From contig JANQEG010000142.1 of assembly GCA_028278505.1 (NCBI GenBank), positions 3,581 to 67,580 of the forward strand: 64,000 nucleotides of DNA. Reading direction: 5' to 3'. Made by a program: the position numbers and the translations under genes. Shown here piece by piece: positions 54,722 through 64,000 of the stretch. Source of the DNA: Rhodobiaceae bacterium. GTDB taxonomy: Bacteria > Pseudomonadota > Alphaproteobacteria > Rhizobiales > JAKPQE01. The notes under the pieces are model-generated. The model saw nothing but the letters and a program-made list of their open reading frames with translations. It had not been told where the DNA came from and did no database searches. Each line of letters begins with the position of its first letter. Within the stretch, counting starts at the first letter, position 1.

Positions 54722-55738
54722 TTAATCGGCCGCGCCCGGCAAGAGGCCGAGATCGAGGTCGAGCGGCGACAACGGTTTCAGCGAGGCCAATATCGCCCGG
54801 GCCTCGTCGCTGTCCCGGTCCATCTGCGCAATCAGCGCCTCGACGCTGTCGAACTTCGCCTCCGGGCGGATGAAGCCGGCAAGGGCGACATCGACGGCCT
54901 TGTCGTAAAGGTCGCCGTCGAAATCGAACACGAAGACTTCGAGGAGCGGCGCGCCGTCATCGAAGGTCGGCCGCCGGCCATAAGAGGCGACGCCATTGTG
55001 CACGACGCCGTCGGCGCGAAGCGTGACGGCGTAGATGCCATGACGGAGCCGGCAATCGGCCGCAAGCGCCAGATTGGCGGTCGGATAGCCGAGCTCGCGG
55101 CCGCGCTTGTCGCCGTGGCGGACCAGGCTGCGGACGAACCAGCGATAGCCGAGCAGTGCGTTCGCCTCGACGACATCGCCGGCCTCCAGCGCCTCGCGGA
55201 TGCGGCTCGACGACACCGGTCCGCCGCCTTCATCTGCGAAGGCCTCGACGACGGTCACCCCGAAACCGCGCTCGGCGCCGCAGGCGGAAAGGAAGCTCGG
55301 CGAGCCCTGCCGGGCGCGGCCGAAATGGAAGTCGTAGCCGGTCACCACGTGATGCATGTCGAGGGCGCCGATCAGCACGGTTTCGACGAAGGCGTCGGCC
55401 GCCATCGCTGCAAAAGTATGGTCGAACGGCACTTCGAGCAGGCCGTCGAAGCCGAGCGTGCGGATGATCTCGGCCTTGACGTCGGGCGGCGTCAGCCGGA
55501 ACACCGGCGCCTCGGGCCGGAAAAGCGTGCGCGGATGCGGCTCGAACGTCATGGCGATGACCGGCAGGTCCTCGGCCCGGCCAAGCTCGCGCGCCGTGTC
55601 GAGCACCGCCTGATGGCCGCGGTGGACGCCGTCGAAATTGCCGATCGCAACGACACCCGATGTCAACGCCTCAGGGATGTCGGCAAGCGCGTTAAGCCGC
55701 AGGAACGGGCGTTCTCCGGGGGAACGGGAAGGAAGCAT
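54722..55738 (-). CDS. ribF: bifunctional riboflavin kinase / FAD synthetase
   Basis: ORF 54722..55783 with start moved to ATG 55738. Contains AIGNFDGVHRGHQAV, GYPTANL and FDFDGDLY. Confidence 0.92.
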   Translation of the reverse strand: MLPSRSPGERPFLRLNALADIPEALTSGVVAIGNFDGVHRGHQAVLDTARELGRAEDLPVIAMTFEPHPRTLFRPEAPVFRLTPPDVKAEIIRTLGFDGLLEVPFDHTFAAMAADAFVETVLIGALDMHHVVTGYDFHFGRARQGSPSFLSACGAERGFGVTVVEAFADEGGGPVSSSRIREALEAGDVVEANALLGYRWFVRSLVRHGDKRGRELGYPTANLALAADCRLRHGIYAVTLRADGVVHNGVASYGRRPTFDDGAPLLEVFVFDFDGDLYDKAVDVALAGFIRPEAKFDSVEALIAQMDRDSDEARAILASLKPLSPLDLDLGLLPGAAD

Positions 55739-55903
55739 CGAAACCTCTGGAGCGCAGCACCTGCCGAATGCGAAGATCGTCAACGCGTCTCCGCTGCACG
55801 TCTATACCGAACTGCGGCCGGATGCCATGCCGTGGCGCTGGAAATCGATCACTAACCCGCTTAAAGACGTTCTTGAAGCCGACATTACCGAAGGACAACG
55901 CCC

Positions 55904-56248
55904 GTGACCGTCACCATCTGGCACAATCCCCGCTGCAGCAAGTCGCGCCAGACGCTGCAGCTCATCCGCGACCGCGGCATCGAACCCGAAATCGTCGAAT
56001 ATCTGAAAACGCCGCCGCACGCCGACGAACTGCGCGCGGTGCTGGACAAACTGAAGCTGAAGCCGCGCGATCTGATGCGGACCAAGGAGAGCGTCTATAA
56101 GGAACTCGGCCTGGCCAACGTCGAGGACGACGATAGGCTGATCGCCGCAATGGTCGAAAATCCGGTGCTGATCGAGCGGCCGGTGGTGCTGAAGGCGGGC
56201 AAGGCGGCGCTCGGCCGTCCGCCCGAAAACGTTGCGGAGATACTTTGA
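55904..56248 (+). CDS. arsC: ArsC-family (glutaredoxin-type) arsenate reductase-like protein
   Basis: 114-aa ORF with GTG start. Contains IWHNPRCSKSRQTL and LIERPVV. Confidence 0.75.
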   Translation: MTVTIWHNPRCSKSRQTLQLIRDRGIEPEIVEYLKTPPHADELRAVLDKLKLKPRDLMRTKESVYKELGLANVEDDDRLIAAMVENPVLIERPVVLKAGKAALGRPPENVAEIL

Positions 56249-56353
56249 GGATTGCCGTTTAGGATTGAAGCGGCGGAAGCCGACAACGCCCTGCGTTTTG
56301 TGCATGGGCGTAGTCCCAAGCCGGCCGCGTTTATCCTCCGGGCCTGCATCAAT

Positions 56354-56497
56354 CCCTCCACGTCGTCATTGCCCGCTCCCAAGCGGGCAATCCAATGGCT
56401 TGTCTGCGCCCAGAAGCGCCCGAACTTCTTCACGAACGCTTTGATCAAGCTGACAAGCCAATGGACCACCCGGATAAACCGGGTGGTGACGAAGGGG
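56354..56497 (-). repeat. MITE/REP-like element, copy 4 (reverse orientation)
   Basis: The reverse complement aligns with copy 2 (...CCAATGGACCACCCGG-ATAAA-CCGGGTGGTGACGAAGGGG). It lies between convergent arsC and the GT4 gene. Confidence 0.8.
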
Positions 56498-56595
56498 CGG
56501 TGGTGGCGCCGATGTCAGAGTCCAAACCCGTGTCCGGCAATTACCGGGTAAAGAATGAACACCTGACTACGCTCGGATCCGAAGCCTATTTGCCC

Positions 56596-57666
56596 TCAGC
56601 GCCCGACAACAGCAGCGTAGATGTCGTCGAGCTTCGCCGCCGAGCGGCGGATGTCGAATTCGGACCGCGCCCGGGCAATCCCCGCAGCGGAAAGCGTCCG
56701 ACGCAATTCCGGATCGCCGATGAGCCGCGTGAGCGCGGCGGCCAAATCGCCGGCATCGCCCGGCTTGACCCGCAGCGCCGCATCGCCCGCCACCCGGTTG
56801 AGGCCGTCGATGCCCGTTGTGACCAGCGCCGCGCCCCCGGCCATCGCTTCCAGCGCGGTGCGGCCGAACGGCTCAAAGGTCGACGGGACAACGGCGATCG
56901 CCGCCCGCTCCAGCCGCGCCTTGACGGCGGCGTGCGGCGCCTGGAAGCGGATGTCGACGCGGTCGCCAAGCCCGGCGAGACGGGCAAGCACCGCATCGCG
57001 GTAGTCCGGGTCGCCGTCCTTTTCGGCGAGATGAAAGACGGCGCGCCAGGCCGGCGCGCCGTCCAGCACGGGCCCGAGCGCTTCGGCGAGGTCAAGCACG
57101 CCCTTGCTGCGCGCGAGCCGGCCGGCGAAAAAGATCTCGTCATCGCGCTCGGCGCTCGGCGCCCAAATGTCCACGTCGAGACCGTTGTCGACGACGTGGA
57201 GCGGCCTGTCGATGCGGGGAAAATCGGCGGAAAACGCGGTCCGGCAGACATCGCTGACGAAGATGATGCCGGCGAGCCGGCGATAGCGGCGCGACCGGTT
57301 CCAGCGGGAAAGCGGTCCGGGCGCGGGCTTCTCGAAAGTGTGGGTGTGATAGAGCACCGGCAGCGGCGCCACGCGGCACGCCACTTCCGCCGCCGTCGGC
57401 AGGTGCTGGTGCACGACGACCAGGTCGGCGCCGTCGGCGGTGATGCGGTCGGCGACCGCGCCGGCATTCGACCGCCAGCTTCTCTCCCTGTCGCCGACCA
57501 TGGCGATTGCGATGTCGGCGAACGGATCCGAGACCGGGCAGACGTAAGCCGTCGTGGTTTCGGCGAAACGGCTGAACCGGATGAAGTCGCGCACGCACAG
57601 ATCGACCGCCGTCGCGCCCTCCGGCGACATCGACATATTGCGGTTGGCGACGATTGCGATGCGCAT
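56596..57666 (-). CDS. family-4 (GT-B) glycosyltransferase
   Basis: 356-aa ORF with AVVPSTFEPFGRTALEAMAGGAALV. Confidence 0.8.
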   Translation of the reverse strand: MRIAIVANRNMSMSPEGATAVDLCVRDFIRFSRFAETTTAYVCPVSDPFADIAIAMVGDRERSWRSNAGAVADRITADGADLVVVHQHLPTAAEVACRVAPLPVLYHTHTFEKPAPGPLSRWNRSRRYRRLAGIIFVSDVCRTAFSADFPRIDRPLHVVDNGLDVDIWAPSAERDDEIFFAGRLARSKGVLDLAEALGPVLDGAPAWRAVFHLAEKDGDPDYRDAVLARLAGLGDRVDIRFQAPHAAVKARLERAAIAVVPSTFEPFGRTALEAMAGGAALVTTGIDGLNRVAGDAALRVKPGDAGDLAAALTRLIGDPELRRTLSAAGIARARSEFDIRRSAAKLDDIYAAVVGR

Positions 57667-57753
57667 GGTAAAGCCCGCTAGCCGTTTACAAGATCCCGGC
57701 GAAGACGCCTGTGCTTGTTGATATCAGCCGCTGAAATCCTCCGCATTAATCCA

Positions 57754-57769
57754 TATTTCGTTTGAAATA
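57754..57769. promoter_or_regulatory. palindrome TATTTC-N4-GAAATA upstream of the dsrE-like gene
   Basis: Read directly. It lies about 75 bp upstream of a (TA)5-containing AT-rich block at 57845..57865. Confidence 0.35.
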
Positions 57770-57884
57770 CAAGGAGATGTTTGACGGCGTCCGTCGATCA
57801 CGCGATCGTTGCTTCAGGCACTGGCGCTTCATGACAATTTTCTGATATATATATAAATGAAAACGAGATTGGGAGACTCGCGCC

Positions 57885-58388
57885 ATGGCGGATACGGATA
57901 CCGGTGACAATCGCAAGAGCATGTCCATCATCGTAACGAAGGGTAGCCTCGACTGGGCCTATCCGCCGTTCATTCTGGGCACGACCGCGGCGGCGATGGA
58001 CGTCGACGTGACCATGTTCTTCACCTTTTACGGCCTTCCGTTGCTGTTGAAGAAGCTCGACCTGCAGGTCACGCCGCTCGGCAATGCGGCCATGAAAATG
58101 CCGCTGGGCGGCATGCACATGACCATGCCGAACGTCGTCGGCATGATCCCCGGCGTCGATGCCGCCTGTTCGGTGATGATGAAGAACCTCATCAAGAAGA
58201 AGGGCGTTGCCTCAATCGAGGAATTGCGCGAGGCCGCGCAGCTCAGCGACGTCAACATGGTCGCCTGCCAGATGACCATGGATCTGTTCGAATACGATCT
58301 CGGCGACATGATCGACGGTATCCAGCTCGGCGGCGCCGCGACCTATATGGAAAACGCGCTGAAATCCGACATCAATCTGTTCATCTGA
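57885..58388 (+). CDS. DsrE/DsrF-like family protein
   Basis: 167-aa ORF with MSIIVTKGSLDWAYPPFILGTTAAAMDVDVTMFFTFYG and VACQMTMDLF. Confidence 0.75.
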   Translation: MADTDTGDNRKSMSIIVTKGSLDWAYPPFILGTTAAAMDVDVTMFFTFYGLPLLLKKLDLQVTPLGNAAMKMPLGGMHMTMPNVVGMIPGVDAACSVMMKNLIKKKGVASIEELREAAQLSDVNMVACQMTMDLFEYDLGDMIDGIQLGGAATYMENALKSDINLFI

Positions 58389-58524
58389 CCGGACGGGGAT
58401 TTCACATCGGCCTCGGCGATCGGTTTCTCTCAAGGGGAAAGATCGGCCGGTGAGGGAATGTGCCATACTGCCCCGGTCACCGGCACGCAGGTTTGGCTAA
58501 TCGCAACTTGAGGGAAAGACGAGA

Positions 58525-58752
58525 ATGGCTGATCAGACGCTTGATGCAAAGGGCTTGAACTGCCCGCTGCCGATTCTGAAGGCGAAGAAGGCGTTGAAGG
58601 GCGTGCCGGCCGGCGGCACGCTCGAAATCGAGGCGACGGATCCGGGATCGGTCGCCGACTTCGAAGCGTTCTGCCGCACCACCGGCAACGAATTGATGGA
58701 ATCCTCCGTCGATGGCGGCGTCTACCGGTTCCTGATCAAGCACGTCGCCTGA
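58525..58752 (+). CDS. TusA/SirA-family sulfur carrier protein
   Basis: 75-aa ORF with LDAKGLNCPLPILKAKKAL (CPxP active-site motif). Confidence 0.88.
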   Translation: MADQTLDAKGLNCPLPILKAKKALKGVPAGGTLEIEATDPGSVADFEAFCRTTGNELMESSVDGGVYRFLIKHVA

Positions 58753-58796
58753 CGCGTAATCGCGACAAGCGCTTTGCGGCAAGAGTTCATGGCAAA

Positions 58797-58826
58797 ACGG
58801 GCGGCGATATTCTCGCCGCCCGTTTT
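58797..58826. terminator. bidirectional rho-independent terminator between convergent tusA-like and ldt genes
   Basis: ACGGGCGGCGA-TATTC-TCGCCGCCCGT flanked by AAAA (5') and TTTT (3'). Confidence 0.75.
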
Positions 58827-58852
58827 CTGTCGGGACCGCTTTGGCCTGAGCT

Positions 58853-59485
58853 TCACAGCACGACGACGCGGCCGTTGATTTTGACCCGATTGTAAAGGTC
58901 GATGACGTCCTGGTTGAGCATGCGGATGCAGCCCGACGACACCGCCTTGCCGATCGAGCGCGGCTCATTGGTGCCGTGAATCCGAAACAGCGTGTCCTTG
59001 TTGCCCTCATAGAGGTAGAGCGCGCGGGCGCCGAGCGGATTCCGCGGCCCGCCGGCCATGCCGTTGGCGTATTTCGCGGCGCGCGGATCGCGGGCCTGCA
59101 TTTCCTTCGGCGGGAACCATTTCGGCCATTTCCGCTTGGCGCCGATGCGGGCTTTGCCGTCCCATTCGAAGCCGGCGCGGCCGACGCCGACGCCGTAACG
59201 GATCGCCCGGCTGCCGGATTGAATGTAATAGAGGTATTTATGGCGCGGATCGACGATGATGGTGCCGGGCTTTTCCTTCGTCCGGTAAGTGACGTATGTG
59301 CGTCGATATTGCGGCGGCACGTCGATCGACCGCACCGCCGGAATCCGGAACGGCTCGCCCGAAACCGGTGCATAGGCGAGCGCCGGATTGGACGGCGGCG
59401 CATAGGCCGCGTCCTGAGTGGTCTGGCACGCGGCCAGCATCACGATTGCCGCAGCGGCCAGAACAACACGTTGCCCAGAAAACAT
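58853..59485 (-). CDS. L,D-transpeptidase (YkuD domain)
   Basis: 210-aa ORF with a signal/lipobox-like N-terminus and catalytic [20 protein letters not shown]. Confidence 0.9.
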   Translation of the reverse strand: MFSGQRVVLAAAAIVMLAACQTTQDAAYAPPSNPALAYAPVSGEPFRIPAVRSIDVPPQYRRTYVTYRTKEKPGTIIVDPRHKYLYYIQSGSRAIRYGVGVGRAGFEWDGKARIGAKRKWPKWFPPKEMQARDPRAAKYANGMAGGPRNPLGARALYLYEGNKDTLFRIHGTNEPRSIGKAVSSGCIRMLNQDVIDLYNRVKINGRVVVL

Positions 59486-59656
59486 CGATTTCCCCGCCTG
59501 TTATCGACTGGCATCAGAGCCGAAATCGGGGCGGATCGTACCCCGCAATATCGTTTCCGGCAACAATGCGGCGCTCACAAATTGCTGATCGAACCCGCCG
59601 GCGGCGGCGGCGGCCGGGCCGGCTTCGCAAGCCCCGTCAGGACGGCGCCGCGCCGG

Positions 59657-62155
<2,499 letters not shown>

Positions 62156-62320
62156 TCATGCGAAATCCGGTTTTTCCCACGGTCCCGTCGAAACCGGCGC
62201 CGGCGCCCGGTTCAGTGGGCCAAGGTCATCATTGGCTGTTGCAGCGATGGTTTTCTTTCGAGGGAAGTGAAGCTTGGACACGGGGGGGGGGCAGCCTCTC
62301 CTCTCGACGTCACCACCCGA

Positions 62321-62468
62321 CCCCTCCCTTGTCACCATCCGGTTTATCCGGGTGGTCCATTGGCCCGCCGACTTGCCAATGCATTCGTAAAGAAATTCAG
62401 CCGCTTCTGGGTAACGGACCGCCATTGGATTGACCGCTTGGGAGCGGGCAATGACGACGGGCAAGGGG
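62321..62468 (+). repeat. MITE/REP-like element, copy 5 (full length)
   Basis: CCCCTCCCTTGTCACCATCCGG-TTTAT-CCGGGTGGTCCATTGG...CCATTGGATTGACCGC-TTGGGA-GCGGGCAATGACGACGGGCAAGGGG. An extra left terminus lies in tandem at 62296..62320. Confidence 0.85.
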
Positions 62469-62592
62469 AGATGGACCACCGAAACCGCTCCAACGGGACA
62501 GCGGTGTGTCGAAACCAAAGCACATGCCTTGCCGCAACCGAACGCACATTCCGGCAAGCGGACCGGTCTGTCAGCGCTCGGGACTGCCCCGT

Positions 62593-63204
62593 TCAGCGCG
62601 TCGCGACCGCAATCGCCGCGCCGGCCATGACCGTTCCCGCCGTTCGGTTGAGGCGGCGGCGCGCCCGCGGCGCCCGGAACAAGTCCCGCGCGCGGCCGGC
62701 GAGAAACGCATAGGTCGAAAGGATCGATGTCAGCAGCATCGCCGTCACCGCCACGAGCAGGATGTAGTCCGCCGTCCGGACGGCGCCGAGATCGATGACC
62801 GCCGGCAGCACCGCCAGATAGAACACGATGACCTTGGGATTGCCGAGCGTCACCGACAGGCCGGCAAGGAAAAGCGTCCCGTGGCCGGCCCTGCGCGGCG
62901 CGGCCAGGTCTTCCTCGCTGACCGGGGTGCGCCAGAATTTGACCGCCAGATAGACGAGATAGGCGACGCCAAAATATTTCAGCACGACAAAGACCGCGCC
63001 GAAGGTCTGGGCGATGACCGCGAGCCCGAAGACGGCGAGCGAAAGATAGACCATATCGCCGGCGACATAGCCGCCGATCATCGGCGCAGCGCCGCGAAAC
63101 CCCGTCACCAGCGCCCGCGCCACGAGCGCCGCGATGCCCGGCCCGGGGGCGGCCATCGCAAGGGCGGCGACGAGCATATAGGCGAGAAGTTCGGCAGCGG
63201 TCAT
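62593..63204 (-). CDS. LysE/RhtB-family amino-acid exporter
   Basis: ORF 62593..63279 with start moved to ATG 63204. Contains AMAAPGPGIAALV and LGNPKVIVFYLAVLP. Confidence 0.85.
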   Translation of the reverse strand: MTAAELLAYMLVAALAMAAPGPGIAALVARALVTGFRGAAPMIGGYVAGDMVYLSLAVFGLAVIAQTFGAVFVVLKYFGVAYLVYLAVKFWRTPVSEEDLAAPRRAGHGTLFLAGLSVTLGNPKVIVFYLAVLPAVIDLGAVRTADYILLVAVTAMLLTSILSTYAFLAGRARDLFRAPRARRRLNRTAGTVMAGAAIAVATR

Positions 63205-63275
63205 GGATCGGCTCGTTATGGTTGTACATTTCTTCTTACCAGCCGCGACACTAGAGCGCCAGGGGTCAGTTGCGG

Positions 63276-64000
63276 TCACACCGTCGCAACTGTTCCCTCG
63301 GCCACGGCAAAGACCTGCGCCTCGCCCTCAAGCGGCGCAAACAGGCTCCGATCCGTTCCCGTCATCCAGGCCTGGCCGCCGAGCGCCTTAAGCCGGGCAA
63401 AAAGCGCCTGGCGCCGCACGGCATCGAGATGGGCGGCGATCTCGTCGAGCAGGAGGATCGGTGCCAACCCGCTCGTCTCGCGCACCAGAAGGGCGTGGGC
63501 CAGCACGAGGCCGACCAGGAGCGCCTTCTGTTCGCCGGTCGAGCAGCGCGCCGCCGGCATCCGCTTCGGCCCGTGAACGACGATCAGATCGGCGCGGTGC
63601 GGACCTTCCAGCGTCCGCCCGGCGCGCGCATCGGCGGCACGTGCATCCGCCAGTCGGGCCCGGTAGGCATCCTCGATCTCGACCGCCGGAGCGGTGCCGA
63701 CCGCGGCCTCGATGATGCCGGAGAGCCCCAGTTCGGCGTAGGGAAACGGCGTTTCGGGATTACGCGCCGCATCGATGCCGGCGGCGAGCCGGCCGACGAG
63801 ATCGTGCCGCGCGGCGGCGACCGCAATAGCCAGTTCGGCGATCTGCGCCTCGATCGCGTCGAGCCAGGCCGCGTCCGGCCGCGGCGTCTCCAACAGGCGG
63901 TTGCGGCTGCGCAGCGCCCGCTCCAGGGCGTTGACCCGGCCGGCATGGGTCTTGTCGACGGCGAGCACCATGCGGTCGAGGAACCGGCGGCGCTCGCCGG
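63276..64000 (-). CDS. recF: DNA replication/repair protein RecF, C-terminal part; 5' end outside window
   Basis: ORF 63276..63971 stays open to the window edge. Contains GPHRADL, STGEQKALL and APILLLDEIAAHLD. Confidence 0.9.
   Translation of the reverse strand, partial: GERRRFLDRMVLAVDKTHAGRVNALERALRSRNRLLETPRPDAAWLDAIEAQIAELAIAVAAARHDLVGRLAAGIDAARNPETPFPYAELGLSGIIEAAVGTAPAVEIEDAYRARLADARAADARAGRTLEGPHRADLIVVHGPKRMPAARCSTGEQKALLVGLVLAHALLVRETSGLAPILLLDEIAAHLDAVRRQALFARLKALGGQAWMTGTDRSLFAPLEGEAQVFAVAEGTVATV

Noticed and set aside
56395-57681. 428-aa plus-strand ORF
   Set aside because: It is antisense to the GT4 gene 56596..57666, which has the E-X7-E glycosyltransferase motif. Its N-terminus comes from repeat copy 4.

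Overview
This 64-kb window is a high-GC chromosomal segment that looks alphaproteobacterial, probably Hyphomicrobiales/Rhizobiales. That placement rests on protein motifs (CcrM, NadQ-like, RibBX-like, ETF-QO) and on the repeat families. I call about 60 protein-coding genes, most of them housekeeping. They include aroC, ribB(X), fabI, rnhB, ccrM, glgC-glgA-glgX-malQ, ribF, ileS, lspA, gyrB and the 3' part of recF.

Accessory content:
- A Wzx/Wzy-type polysaccharide cluster (27.3-36.3 kb) containing an unusual 484-aa two-domain protein.
- Two type II toxin-antitoxin pairs, parDE and brnTA.
- A visibly lower-GC three-gene segment (about 18.9-22.6 kb) encoding a GGDEF-EAL protein, a membrane-anchored GDPD and a tandem SnoaL-like protein.
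- A PTP-like/NadQ-like gene pair.
- A GntR-controlled DUF2182-DUF1326-acuI set.
- A DUF2064/GT2 pair next to a PA0069-type radical SAM gene.
- A DsrE-like/TusA pair and an orphan two-Cys ArsR-family regulator.

I found no rRNA, tRNA, CRISPR array, integrase or transposase.

The most unusual thing visible in the sequence is a set of short hairpin-rich repeat families. One ~120-nt multi-hairpin element appears to sit in frame inside the essential ileS gene. A ~145-bp MITE-like element occurs five times in intergenic DNA.

All family names are motif recognition from memory, because no searches were possible. Many long ORFs in the supplied track are antisense or alternative-frame artefacts of the high GC content.
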